Of a DNA stretch of 64,000 bases, positions 29,207 to 38,782 are shown in pieces (the stretch's first letter is position 1; every line of letters begins with the position of its first letter). The stretch spans positions 606,131-670,130 of the forward strand of contig OY969116.1 in the NCBI GenBank assembly GCA_963698075.1, written 5' to 3'. Source of the stretch: an uncultured Candidatus Berkelbacteria bacterium (GTDB taxonomy: Bacteria > Patescibacteriota > UBA1384 > UBA12157 > JAENIV01). The translations under genes and the position numbers were made by a program. The notes beneath the pieces were generated by a model. It was not told the DNA's origin. It saw only the letters and a list, made by a program, of their open reading frames with translations, and did not search any database.

Positions 29207-32200
29207 ATGGACGCGCCTGGTGATGTTGGCGTGGAATATGGCGAGAACCCGGAACCTCGACCCGATATCGCCAAACCACGCCAACCCAAAAAGAAAAGCC
29301 CGGCTAAAAAAATAGCTGGAAAACCGGCTAAGGGACTTTTAAATAAAGCCGGTAACTGGGCTAAAAAACAAGCGGCCGCAATGGCAGTTAAAGCCGCTGC
29401 TTTGGCTGGCGGCTGGTGGGCTTGGATTATTGTTGGCATCCTTATCATTATCGCCTTTATCATCGCTTTACTCGCCGCCTATTATATCCGCGGCGGCGCC
29501 GGTAAAACCATCCCTCAACCCGCCGGTAAAAACGATCCCAACATTGCCAAAATTGTTGCCTTTACCAAACAGGAAACTGGCGAAAAGGGCTCCGGCAACA
29601 TGAAACTCAATTTTTTAAACCAGCGCGACCTCGAATATCTCCAATCCGGCCAAATCGACAAGAGACTACTGGCCGCCCTCGTTTATTTGGCTGAGCGCCA
29701 TGACCATATCCGCGTCAGCCATATTGTTTCGGGTTACGAGGACATAAAAACCAATGTCGAGTCGGGCAGTTTTCACGATAAACAATTTTCTAATAATATC
29801 TCCGCCCACAAAGACGGTCTCGCCGCCGACCTCGATGAGATAGATTATGTCAAAGATAAATGCGATTGCGGTTCAAAAATTCCCGTTAAAGTCGAATGGC
29901 AAATAATTGGCCAAAATCCCTTTTCGCAAACCCCAGATGCTTTAAACCAAATTAAAAGTCCTGACGATTTTGCCAAACCGGCGGTCAAAGACGCTCTCGC
30001 GAAAATGGGCGTCACTGGGCTTGATCAAAAAGATCTCATTGAGAAGATGAAAGCGTCTGTGACGCTTGCAAAAATTGATAGCGTTTATGATTTAATTGAT
30101 CCTCGGGTGATTGCCGCTTTTACGGAAATCGGTGTTAATGGTATCGATAACTCCGATTTACAGTCCGGCCTGAAACGCCTCCAAGCTCTCCAACAACTCT
30201 ACGAACTTAACCCCCATGACATTAATGCTTTAAAAAATCCTCAAGTCCAAAGTTTGATGGCCACTATTGGCGTCCCTGTTTCTGATGAATTAATTGCCAA
30301 CATCGATAAATACCAAGCAATCAAAGTAATTGAGTCAATGACTTCTTTGCAAGACCTCCAAAGGCCCGACGTCCAAAGCGCTCTTCAAAAATTAGGCGTC
30401 AATACGGCTGACCCGCTTTTCCAAGATGCAGTCAAAAAAATGGGTGCTGCCACCGCCATCTCCAAATGGCAGGGCAATTTCAATGATCCAACCCTTTTGG
30501 CCGGCCTTTCTGAGTTTGGACTGAACGCTGATGCCGACACTAAATTTGCCCTGCAAATTATAGGTTCTGCCCAGGCAACCTTTGCTGGTCCCAGCGGTCA
30601 ACTCAATACCGATGTCTTTGTTATCCAAACCCTAGAAAAATTGGCCATTTACACCAATAATCCCGATATGCAAGATGCGGTTAAAAAGTACCGGGCCGCT
30701 TATAAGTTGAGCAATAGTCAAGTCAATTTTGCCAGTCCTGATTTTGTCAACGCCTTGACGGATTTAGGTCTCAATCTTTCTCAAGATGAAAAAGAGGCCA
30801 TCGCCAAATATAATCAAGCGCAGTACATTTTAAATTATCACGGCGACTATACTGATCCTCAATTTATTGGCCTCTTGGGACAATTCGGCATCCCGCTCAC
30901 TGACGACACTAAAGAGGGAATTAGCATCTACAAGGCCAGCCAAACCCTTGCCAAGGCGGCTCATGGTGAAATTTCCCTTGATAGTCAAGTCGTCAAGGAC
31001 GCCTTAAACACAATCAAGGCGGCCACTATTGATGATGACAAGGCCAAGTCGGCGATTAAAGTTGGGGAGGCCAAAGATATTAATGATCCATCAATTGCCG
31101 CTGACAAAGATAAAATTGGCCTCAACAAAGCCACTTATAAAGACGCGGTTGAAAAACTACACGCCGTCAAAACCTTAACCTCAATTCATGAATTCTCAGA
31201 TCTTAGTGATCCAACCTTGCAAGCCAACTTAGCCGCCATCGGCTTAAAAGATCCCAAGTATGCGGCCACTTTACAAAAAATCGGCGGCGCTTCGGCGCTT
31301 TTGAGTGTCCACAGCTTGACCGATCTCCAGAAACCTAATGTTCAAGCCGCTTTAAAACAAATTGGACTCAAAAACCCCGCAATTTATGAGAATCTTGGAA
31401 AATTGGGCAGTCTCCAAACACTTTTGCAGGTGCATGATCTCAAGGATCTTCAGTCACCGGCAGTGCAAACGGCGCTAAAAAATCTCGGACTCAAAAATCC
31501 CGCTGTTTATCAAAATATCGCCAAATTAGGTAGCATTAATACTCTTTTAACCATTAATAGTGCTTGGGATTTGGCTCGACCAGATGTCATTGATGCATTG
31601 GGAAATCTTAAATTAGCGGATGCGAACATGCAGTCCCAGCTAAAACAGATCGGTTCGATTCAAACCTTAATGAATATTAAGCAACCCAGCGATCTTTTAA
31701 AATATCAAACTATCAAGGCTCTGGACAATCTTGGGATTATTAAAATGAATGATCAACTCTTCGGCCAAATCGGCGCCATCCAAACTTTGCTGGCGGTTGA
31801 TTCTCTGCAAGATCTGATGAATCCAAGCTCTATTTTGGCCTTAAATACTCTGGGGATAATCAGTCTTTCCAATCCTGTCACTGTCGCCTTAATGGCGGTT
31901 GCGTTTATTGATAACCTTACTGGCGGCAAACTTCTGGGCGGGCTTTTGGGTGATGATTGCAAGGCCAATACCGCTTGCTACAAGCCGGCTGCCCAAGAAA
32001 ATGTTTATAAGGTAACTGAAGAGCTCCTCCAAATGCCTTACGATTTGGGCAACAAGGAAAAATATCGAGTCACTCAACTAATTATCTATTCACTCGATTA
32101 TATTCGTTCAAAAGATCCCAGTCTGGAAACTAAATTAGACAAACTCTATTGGTCGGGGAGGCCGAAAAATGTTGGTCTTTTTACCATGCCCGAGGCCTGG

Positions 32201-32224
32201 CAGAATGTTCATATTGGCTATTGA
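29207..32224 (+). CDS. Large membrane-anchored protein: M15-like peptidase module plus a long array of ~35-aa helical repeats
   Basis: Transmembrane helix (WWAWIIVGILIIIAFIIALLAAYYI). SAHKDGLAADLD (SxHxxGxAxD). Repeats recur more than 15 times: ..DLQ(R/K)P(D/N)VQ(S/A)ALK(Q/N)(L/I)GLKNPA(V/I)Y.N..KLGS(L/I)QTLL... Confidence 0.5.
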   Translation: MDAPGDVGVEYGENPEPRPDIAKPRQPKKKSPAKKIAGKPAKGLLNKAGNWAKKQAAAMAVKAAALAGGWWAWIIVGILIIIAFIIALLAAYYIRGGAGKTIPQPAGKNDPNIAKIVAFTKQETGEKGSGNMKLNFLNQRDLEYLQSGQIDKRLLAALVYLAERHDHIRVSHIVSGYEDIKTNVESGSFHDKQFSNNISAHKDGLAADLDEIDYVKDKCDCGSKIPVKVEWQIIGQNPFSQTPDALNQIKSPDDFAKPAVKDALAKMGVTGLDQKDLIEKMKASVTLAKIDSVYDLIDPRVIAAFTEIGVNGIDNSDLQSGLKRLQALQQLYELNPHDINALKNPQVQSLMATIGVPVSDELIANIDKYQAIKVIESMTSLQDLQRPDVQSALQKLGVNTADPLFQDAVKKMGAATAISKWQGNFNDPTLLAGLSEFGLNADADTKFALQIIGSAQATFAGPSGQLNTDVFVIQTLEKLAIYTNNPDMQDAVKKYRAAYKLSNSQVNFASPDFVNALTDLGLNLSQDEKEAIAKYNQAQYILNYHGDYTDPQFIGLLGQFGIPLTDDTKEGISIYKASQTLAKAAHGEISLDSQVVKDALNTIKAATIDDDKAKSAIKVGEAKDINDPSIAADKDKIGLNKATYKDAVEKLHAVKTLTSIHEFSDLSDPTLQANLAAIGLKDPKYAATLQKIGGASALLSVHSLTDLQKPNVQAALKQIGLKNPAIYENLGKLGSLQTLLQVHDLKDLQSPAVQTALKNLGLKNPAVYQNIAKLGSINTLLTINSAWDLARPDVIDALGNLKLADANMQSQLKQIGSIQTLMNIKQPSDLLKYQTIKALDNLGIIKMNDQLFGQIGAIQTLLAVDSLQDLMNPSSILALNTLGIISLSNPVTVALMAVAFIDNLTGGKLLGGLLGDDCKANTACYKPAAQENVYKVTEELLQMPYDLGNKEKYRVTQLIIYSLDYIRSKDPSLETKLDKLYWSGRPKNVGLFTMPEAWQNVHIGY

Positions 32225-32493
32225 TGGCCAATTTTAAACCGAATTCTTTTGACTTTGTTCTCACCCATCTTTTGATTGATTTTTTCAATGATTTGACCGC
32301 TTTCGGCCTGTAAATTAGCGGCTTGAGCACTGGTTGAGCATGAGACGGTTAACAAACCGCCGGAAAAGGAAACGATGATATATTGCTGTTGGGCTACTCG
32401 GCGGGCGCATTCACAAATTTCCGCCGCCTCCAGGGGTTTTTGAAAGCGTTTAAATCGCGGATCGCTGGTCAATATTTTGTTTATTTTTTTCAT
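32218..32493 (-). CDS. DUF721-type small protein downstream of recF
   Basis: MKKINKILTSDPRFKRFQKPLEAAEICECARRVA in the conserved dnaA-dnaN-recF-DUF721 order. An alternative TTG start is at 32532. Confidence 0.5.
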   Translation of the reverse strand: MKKINKILTSDPRFKRFQKPLEAAEICECARRVAQQQYIIVSFSGGLLTVSCSTSAQAANLQAESGQIIEKINQKMGENKVKRIRFKIGHQ

Positions 32494-32568
32494 AATATCT
32501 AATACAAATCGCCGAGGGGAGCCCCTGAGCAAGGCCGGATGCGAACGGGGCGACCCGAGGCGTTGCTG

Positions 32569-33657
32569 CTATTTTAACTCCACGATCCTCGCCTTTTCTC
32601 TTAAATTCTTTTCAATATGATCCAAGTCAGTCGTCGTAATAATCGTCTGTTGGCCCTCGACGATTTTGGCCAGATGCAGGCGCCGATTTTTATCCAACTC
32701 CGAAAAAATATCATCGAGCATGAACAATGGTCTTTCCTCTTTTTCGAGCGTTAAATATTCCAATTCCGCCATTTTTAACGCCAGCACCGCGCTTCTATAT
32801 TCGCCCCGCGAGCCAAAGGTGGTAATATCTTTTCCCTCCAGCAAAAACACCAAATCATCTCGATGCGGGCCGAACAAGGTGGCGGTGTAATCAATTTCTC
32901 TTTGGCGATGCGCGACGAGGGTCTCGGCAAATTTTTCCGGCACCACAGTGGGGTTATATTTTAACTCAAGGGTTTCCCCTGTCCCTGATATTTCTTGGTA
33001 TTTCTTGGTTAAACCCTGCCTGCCGGCAGGCAGGTCTTCATTAATTTTTGCCACTGTTTTTTGGCGTTTTTTGATAATAAAGCTTCCCAACGCCACCAGT
33101 TTTTCATCCCAAAAGGTGAGTTCCTCAATTTTGGAACGGCCGATCTTCAGAAAATAAAGAAGCTTATTACGGCCCCGAATAATTTTGGCCAAATCCAGAA
33201 GAGCCAGGGTATATTTTTTATCAATTTGGCAAAGAAGAATATCTAAAAAACGGCGCCTAAGCATTGGCGCCCCATCAATTAAATGAATCTCTTCGGGCGA
33301 AAATAGTACCTGCGGCAGTTTACCTAAAATTTCGGTCAATTTTTTCCGAACGCCGTTAATTTTAACTATTTTTGTCATGGGATATTTGGGATTGGGAATT
33401 TTCTGAATTAACATCGCCAGGCTTTCCTCTCTCTCGTTCCTCCTTTGCGCGGCAATCGAAGCCACTTCCGCTCCCCATTTTACTACTTCGTTATCATGAT
33501 TAGTGCGCCAAGAACGGCCGGTAGAAATTAAATAGATGGCCTCAATGATATTAGTTTTGCCAATGCCGTTGGGACCCACAAAAATCGTCGTTTTGCCAAA
33601 ATCAATTGAGTATTTTGAATAGTTACGGAAGTTGGTTAATTCAAGACGCTTTAACAT
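32569..33657 (-). CDS. recF: DNA replication and repair protein RecF
   Basis: MLKRLELTNFRNYSKYSIDFGKTTIFVGPNGIGKTNIIEAIYL (Walker A). Walker B LFMLDDIFSELD. Confidence 0.85.
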   Translation of the reverse strand: MLKRLELTNFRNYSKYSIDFGKTTIFVGPNGIGKTNIIEAIYLISTGRSWRTNHDNEVVKWGAEVASIAAQRRNEREESLAMLIQKIPNPKYPMTKIVKINGVRKKLTEILGKLPQVLFSPEEIHLIDGAPMLRRRFLDILLCQIDKKYTLALLDLAKIIRGRNKLLYFLKIGRSKIEELTFWDEKLVALGSFIIKKRQKTVAKINEDLPAGRQGLTKKYQEISGTGETLELKYNPTVVPEKFAETLVAHRQREIDYTATLFGPHRDDLVFLLEGKDITTFGSRGEYRSAVLALKMAELEYLTLEKEERPLFMLDDIFSELDKNRRLHLAKIVEGQQTIITTTDLDHIEKNLREKARIVELK

Positions 33658-33765
33658 AATTATCAATTTCCAAGCACCAATAACCATTCAATTTTTCAAA
33701 TGCCAAATATCAAATTGTAACATTGGAGCTTGGTTATTGATTGGTCATTGAGATTTGATCATTGG

Positions 33766-34872
33766 TTATTCCTCCATTCGGAGGGGCATGATAATATAGA
33801 GATAATTTTTATCTTTAGCAGGCCGAATCACGCCCGGGGAAAGCGGCCCCGCCAGTTCTAAATCGATTTTTTCCGAACTGATGACTTGAAGCGCGTCAAG
33901 AATAAATTTGGCGTTAAAAGCAATTTCAGTTTCATCGCCGGTAAAATTGCCTTCAAGATCAGAGGTGTTATCGCCGATTTGCGGCGAGACTGCCAAAACC
34001 TGGACCAGTTTGGGTTTTTTAATCACAATTTTTACATTATTAGCTGATTCTCTGGCAAAAAAACTGGCCATTTTAATCGCGTTGGCGAAATTAGCGGTCG
34101 AAATTTCGAGTTTTGTTTTAACGCTTGTGGGAATAATTTGTTCATAATCAGGGAAGCTGCCCTCGATTAATCGTGACATCACTTCTGTTGGTCCCAATTT
34201 AAATTGAACTTGATTTTCGCCGATTTTAATCAATACTTTTTCAATTGACTCGTCTATCAACCGGCCAATTTCCGCCAAAGGCCGGGCCGGAACAATAAAG
34301 TTTGCCGAAGAAGAATCCTTACTAATTAAATTGACTGTCTTTTCCGCTAAGCGGTAACTGTCAGTGGCCACTAATTTTAATTTATTGCCGGCTAAAACGT
34401 GATATATCCCTGCCAAAACCGGCCGGGTCTCATCAAGGGCACAAGCAAAAACCGTTTTTAAAATAGCATCGCGAAATTCCAAGGCCCCAATCTCAATTTC
34501 TTTACCTGCTTTAACCTCAGGAATCAGTGGAAACTCGCTCGCCTCAATTCCTTTGATATTGGCTTTAAAATGCTCGCTTGATAAATGCAAAGTCGCGTCT
34601 TTGAGTTCTAAATTAATCGTTTTATCGGTATTGGTGGTTGTAAACTCGGAAATTAATCTTGCCGGGCAGGTAACAGCACCGTCTTTATCAACTTTGGCGC
34701 CAATCCAGGTTGAAATACCAATTTCTAAATCGGTTGCCGCTAATTTCAACCGACCTTTTTCCGTTTTAATCAGGATATTATTAAGCACTGGTAAAGTCGT
34801 CCGCGTCCCTACCATATGAGAAACAATTCCCAACCCCCTAGCTAAATTCTCCTGGGTACATGAAACCTTCAT
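33766..34872 (-). CDS. dnaN: DNA polymerase III beta sliding clamp
   Basis: MKVSCTQENLARGLGIVSHMVGTRTTLPVLNNILIK..., 368 aa, three-domain clamp architecture. Confidence 0.85.
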   Translation of the reverse strand: MKVSCTQENLARGLGIVSHMVGTRTTLPVLNNILIKTEKGRLKLAATDLEIGISTWIGAKVDKDGAVTCPARLISEFTTTNTDKTINLELKDATLHLSSEHFKANIKGIEASEFPLIPEVKAGKEIEIGALEFRDAILKTVFACALDETRPVLAGIYHVLAGNKLKLVATDSYRLAEKTVNLISKDSSSANFIVPARPLAEIGRLIDESIEKVLIKIGENQVQFKLGPTEVMSRLIEGSFPDYEQIIPTSVKTKLEISTANFANAIKMASFFARESANNVKIVIKKPKLVQVLAVSPQIGDNTSDLEGNFTGDETEIAFNAKFILDALQVISSEKIDLELAGPLSPGVIRPAKDKNYLYIIMPLRMEE

Positions 34873-34896
34873 TTAAATTCCTTTCTCCCTCCACAA

Positions 34897-35146
34897 ATTA
34901 TCCACAGTTAGTCTCTTATTAAATCTTTGTTGATTAGATTTTAGTAATAATAATGTTTGTGGATCATGGGTATTAATAGATTGTTTGGGTTGTGGAAAGA
35001 CTGGGGATTTTCTTGTGGAAAACAGAAGTATTTTCAGTGGTAAAAATTAATAAACTTAATTTTGTCATATTATCTACTATATATATTAATACTCACAATT
35101 TAAGCAATAAATTAAATCCTCAAGTTATCCACAGCTTATCCACATG
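34897..35146. promoter_or_regulatory. oriC-type DnaA-box cluster (dnaA-dnaN intergenic region)
   Basis: TTATCCACA at 34908-34916, 35125-35133 and 35136-35144, plus variants TGTGGATCA and TTGTGGAAA. The region is AT-rich. Confidence 0.7.
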
Positions 35147-36475
35147 TTAGGCAACGTAGAGCTTTTCTTTGATCATTGTCAGTTCTTTTTTTAAATCATC
35201 ATTGATAGCAATTTCCTTTTCAATTTTCCCCACCCCGTGCATGATGGTGGTATGGTCTTTTTTGTTAAGTTCGCGGCCAATCTTGGGATAAGACAAATTC
35301 ATCTCGTGACGCAAAAGATACATCACGATTTGTCTTGGCCAGACCATGGCCTGGCCTCTTTTTGCCGACAAAATATCAGTGGCCTGGATTTGAAAATATT
35401 CACCCACAATTTTAATGATTTTTCCAACCGACAAATTTTTACCGCGTGACTCGACAATATCTTCCAATACTTTACTGACAACGTCCAAAGAGGCGGTCAA
35501 GCGATTTAATTGACAATGAGCCAAAATGCGATTAATCGAGCCCTCAAGTTCGCGAATATTGGATTCAATATTTTCGGCAATATAATGGACACAATCATCA
35601 TCTAATGGCAAGTTCTTTTCAGCTGATTTAGCCCGCAGGATTGCCTCCCGCATCTCTAAATTCGGCGGTTGAATATCAGCCACCATACCGGCGCCGAAAC
35701 GCGAAGAAAGCCGGTCTTGAATTTGAGGAATGGCTCTGGGTACTCGGTCAGACGTGATCACAATTTGACGGTTGCCTTGATGTAGGGCATTAAAGGTGTG
35801 AAAAAATTCCTCCTGCGTACCTTCTTTTCCGGCCAAAAATTGGATATCATCAACCAAAAAAACATCAACCCCGCGATATTTCTTCTTAAATTCATCCGCC
35901 TTGCCGTTGGAGATTGAAGAGACATAATCGTTGGTAAAACTTTCGCAGGAAACGTAAACAATCTTCTTTTTGGGTGATTTGGCTAAGATTTCGTTACCGA
36001 TTGCCTGGACGAGATGAGTTTTGCCCAAACCCACGCCACCATATAAAAACAGGGGATTGTAAACAACCCCGGGCTTGGAGGCAACCGCTTGGGCCGTGGC
36101 AGCGGCCAAACGGTTGGAATTGCCGATGACAAAATTCTCAAAGCGATATTTGTGATTAAGTTGGGGATGAATTATAGCATCAATTTCTTTCGTCGCGCTA
36201 TCAGCTATTTTTGGCGGCCTAGGAAGTCCTTGAGTCGAAATTTTATAATTGATTTTGGTAATTTGGGGTTCGATTTTTTTGATGGCCTCCAAGATCTGGG
36301 GATGAAATTTGTTTTCCAGCCATTCCTTGGCAAAGCCATTGGGTACGGCAATAGTTGTTTCTGGAGGAACGAAGTCCAAAATAAAAGTATCCTTAAACCA
36401 AGTGGTAAAATTGGCCTTGGACAAGGTAACTTCAAGCTCACCTAAGGCGGTCTGCCAGATTTCTTTGGGATCCAT
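35147..36475 (-). CDS. dnaA: Chromosomal replication initiator DnaA
   Basis: Walker A LFLYGGVGLGKTHL, sensor motifs and a C-terminal DNA-binding helix. Start taken at ATG 36475 (MDPKEIWQTALGEL). Confidence 0.9.
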   Translation of the reverse strand: MDPKEIWQTALGELEVTLSKANFTTWFKDTFILDFVPPETTIAVPNGFAKEWLENKFHPQILEAIKKIEPQITKINYKISTQGLPRPPKIADSATKEIDAIIHPQLNHKYRFENFVIGNSNRLAAATAQAVASKPGVVYNPLFLYGGVGLGKTHLVQAIGNEILAKSPKKKIVYVSCESFTNDYVSSISNGKADEFKKKYRGVDVFLVDDIQFLAGKEGTQEEFFHTFNALHQGNRQIVITSDRVPRAIPQIQDRLSSRFGAGMVADIQPPNLEMREAILRAKSAEKNLPLDDDCVHYIAENIESNIRELEGSINRILAHCQLNRLTASLDVVSKVLEDIVESRGKNLSVGKIIKIVGEYFQIQATDILSAKRGQAMVWPRQIVMYLLRHEMNLSYPKIGRELNKKDHTTIMHGVGKIEKEIAINDDLKKELTMIKEKLYVA

Positions 36476-36630
36476 AACCAAACCTTTGGTTTGGAAATTC
36501 GAAATTCTCACTGCGGAAGCAAGGCATTTAATTCGAAATCCCAAACAAATTCTAAATCCTAATATTTAAATTCTTAATAATTCCTTAATTTTCGGATTTC
36601 GACATTCGTGCTTCGGATTTCCACGCAATC

Positions 36631-36758
36631 TTATCCTATAACCCGATTGCGTGGTTGTCCACAGCGAGTTATCCACAATTGAGCCAATCTCATAATATGT
36701 AAGTTATCCACAGCCTGTCAACACCCGCTTAGTGATTGTGGATTGGGTTGTGGAAAAA
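36631..36758. promoter_or_regulatory. Second DnaA-box cluster upstream of dnaA
   Basis: TTGTCCACA 36655-36663, TTATCCACA 36669-36677 and 36704-36712, TGTGGATTG 36738-36746, TGTGGAAAA 36750-36758. Confidence 0.7.
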
Positions 36759-36835
36759 TTTTATAAGAAAAAAGAGCGGTTTTCGTACGCTCTATCCGTC
36801 CCTAAAGGGACAAGACTTACGGTAGGGGTTTCCCC

Positions 36836-37027
36836 CTACATGCACTCAACGATGTACGCGATCTTCTCGTACGCGCTTCCTTGTTCATCTCGCGCCGAGG
36901 TCCATGTGAAGACCCACTTTGTGCTTGTTCGGGGCAGGCGTCGGAGCTCGTCTTTTATGGGCTTCATTCTCTCCTCGGTCTGCCTGACGATCTCTTCGAT
37001 CCGGCGATACTTCTCCTCAATGTCCAT
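36836..37027 (-). CDS. Hypothetical small protein (GC-rich cassette E)
   Basis: AAGGGAGAAGAAG RBS, 63 aa, charged helical. A terminator-like GAGCG-n-CGCTC plus T6 lies downstream at about 36770-36795 on the minus strand. Confidence 0.4.
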   Translation of the reverse strand: MDIEEKYRRIEEIVRQTEERMKPIKDELRRLPRTSTKWVFTWTSARDEQGSAYEKIAYIVECM

Positions 37028-37146
37028 CTTCTTCTCCCTTGCTTAGTTAAAATCCTACTTCTGTTTCCATGAACTCTTTTCAGAGCTGATGGAGACAGAA
37101 GGGGATGCCGCCGATCGTATTGACCCGGCGGCTCGGTTGGATGTCC

Positions 37147-37515
37147 TTATCTTGTTTTGATGTCGTCAGGGGTGATCCCGCTCTCGGGCAGCAGGTTCAA
37201 CACCCTACCGACGTGGTTACCTTCGGGGTCGAGCACATCGATCACGAAGGCCCGCATCCTTGTTACTTCCCCGGCCGTGAGTTGATTAAGCCCACGGACC
37301 AGGCCTTCCAACAGGGGTCCGATGAGCTGTTGGTCCTCCATCGCATCACCGAGGGGGTTCTGGTTGGGGCGAGGATCATGCTGGAGGACATGGCGCGCGA
37401 CTGAGTTCGTCCACCAGACGCTGCCCGCCCCGCCCGGTCCCACATTGGCTGTTTCCTCACTTTCAAGACGTATCTTGTCCGTGCGGAGAGTGATGAAGGC
37501 GACCAGGTTCTTCAT
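37147..37515 (-). CDS. Hypothetical protein (GC-rich cassette E)
   Basis: Start taken at MKNLVAF (ATG 37515 after GGGAGGTGAG). The longer ORF reaching 37593 would include the promoter -10 box. Confidence 0.5.
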   Translation of the reverse strand: MKNLVAFITLRTDKIRLESEETANVGPGGAGSVWWTNSVARHVLQHDPRPNQNPLGDAMEDQQLIGPLLEGLVRGLNQLTAGEVTRMRAFVIDVLDPEGNHVGRVLNLLPESGITPDDIKTR

Positions 37516-37564
37516 TTTCTCACCTCCCTTCATAACGGGTTGTACCTGATTTTCAGAACTTATG

Positions 37565-37638
37565 ATTATAACACAATCTGCCGAATTTGTCAAGTATTTT
37601 CGACTATATTTGACATCTTAGGTAATACCTGATATACT
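37565..37638. promoter_or_regulatory. Divergent consensus promoters between cassette E and TrmB-3
   Basis: Minus strand: TTGACA (37588-37593 rc)-17-TATAAT (37565-37570 rc) with TG extension. Plus strand: TTGACA 37610-37615, 17 nt, TATACT 37633-37638. Confidence 0.55.
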
Positions 37639-37696
37639 ATTATTAGTCGGTCTTTCCCGACTACTATCCGTCCTATGCTAAAGCTACGGAGGACAA

Positions 37697-38461
37697 GTGG
37701 AATATCTAAAATCTTTACAAAAACTTGGCTTTAATCAAAAAGAGCAAGATGTTTATTTTGCTCTCCTACAGTTGGAGAAAGCCACGGCCAATGAGATCGC
37801 TTATAAATCAAAGGTTAAGCGGCCGACAACTTATGATATTCTCTACCGTCTCGTCTCTGAGGGCTTTGCCGCCAAGGTGTTGGAAAACGATAAGATGAAA
37901 TTTGTTGCTCGGCCGCCGGAAAATTTGTTGGAAATCATCGAAAATCGAAAAAGAGAACTTAAGGCAGATTTACCGGAATTATTGAGCATTTATAATACTA
38001 AAGCCAATAAACCGAAAGTCGCCTATTTCGAAGGCTTAGATGGAGTCATTCAGCTTTACGAGGATACCTTGCTGACCTTAAAATCCGGCGATGAGATCGT
38101 CGCTTATTTTTGTGATTACGAAATCCCTGAACATAACAAATATATGCATGACTATGTTTTGCGCCGGGCTGCGAAAGGGATTAGGGCCCGAGGAATCGGT
38201 CAAGATAAACCTAAGATAAGAGAATTCATCAAAGAGAACAAAAAGCAGTTGCGAACATCTAAACTAGTCAGCGAGAAAGAATACCATCTCAAAAACGAGA
38301 TCAACATTTATGCCAACAAAGTCATTATTATCACCTTCAAACCCGAACTTTTCGGGATCCTCATCGAATCCAAAGAAGTCGCTGACACCCAGCGCGCCAT
38401 CTTCGAAATGGCGTGGAGGGGACTCCCGTCCAGTCTGCGTTCTCCAGGGATTTATAGATAA
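37697..38461 (+). CDS. TrmB-family transcriptional regulator (paralog 3)
   Basis: GTG start after GGAGGA. EQDVYFALLQLEKATANEIAYKSKVKRPTTYDILYRL wHTH. C-terminus LIESKEVADTQRAIFEMAW. Confidence 0.7.
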   Translation: MEYLKSLQKLGFNQKEQDVYFALLQLEKATANEIAYKSKVKRPTTYDILYRLVSEGFAAKVLENDKMKFVARPPENLLEIIENRKRELKADLPELLSIYNTKANKPKVAYFEGLDGVIQLYEDTLLTLKSGDEIVAYFCDYEIPEHNKYMHDYVLRRAAKGIRARGIGQDKPKIREFIKENKKQLRTSKLVSEKEYHLKNEINIYANKVIIITFKPELFGILIESKEVADTQRAIFEMAWRGLPSSLRSPGIYR

Positions 38462-38462
38462 G

Positions 38463-38496
38463 AAAAGGGCGCCGGCCGGTTGGCAAGCGCCCCTCG
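38463..38496. terminator. Bidirectional GC-rich hairpin terminator between convergent TrmB-3 and cassette F
   Basis: GGGCGC-cggccggttggca-GCGCCC, with AAAAG on the plus side and TTTTCTTATC on the minus side. Confidence 0.5.
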
Positions 38497-38535
38497 TCGA
38501 GTGGTTACTGATTCGATCTTCTCTCAGGGCCCCTG

Positions 38536-38736
38536 TCAGGCAGCCCACTTGTGGCTGTATTTGGGATTGGTACAGACCTCCCACCACCCAGGGTCGTCGG
38601 GACCGCTGACAGCCACCTTCGAGCCGCACTTGGGGCAAGGTCGGCGGCTGTAGTACGTCTTCGGCTGGCAAGCCTCTTTCTTCTCCTCTTTCTTCGCCCG
38701 GCGGAAAATCTTCTTGAGCAGTTCTCGGACGTTCAT
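38536..38736 (-). CDS. Small zinc-ribbon protein (GC-rich cassette F)
   Basis: 66 aa. CPKCGSKVAV...C, basic N-terminus. GGAGAAAAG RBS. Confidence 0.5.
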   Translation of the reverse strand: MNVRELLKKIFRRAKKEEKKEACQPKTYYSRRPCPKCGSKVAVSGPDDPGWWEVCTNPKYSHKWAA

Positions 38737-38782
38737 TTCTTTTCTCCGTCATCAGGTTAGTCGCTCGGCCACCGGCCGGTTT

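Noticed and set aside
36089-36445. Plus-strand ORFs inside dnaA (36089-36445, 36309-36569).
   Set aside because: They are antisense to a high-confidence dnaA gene.
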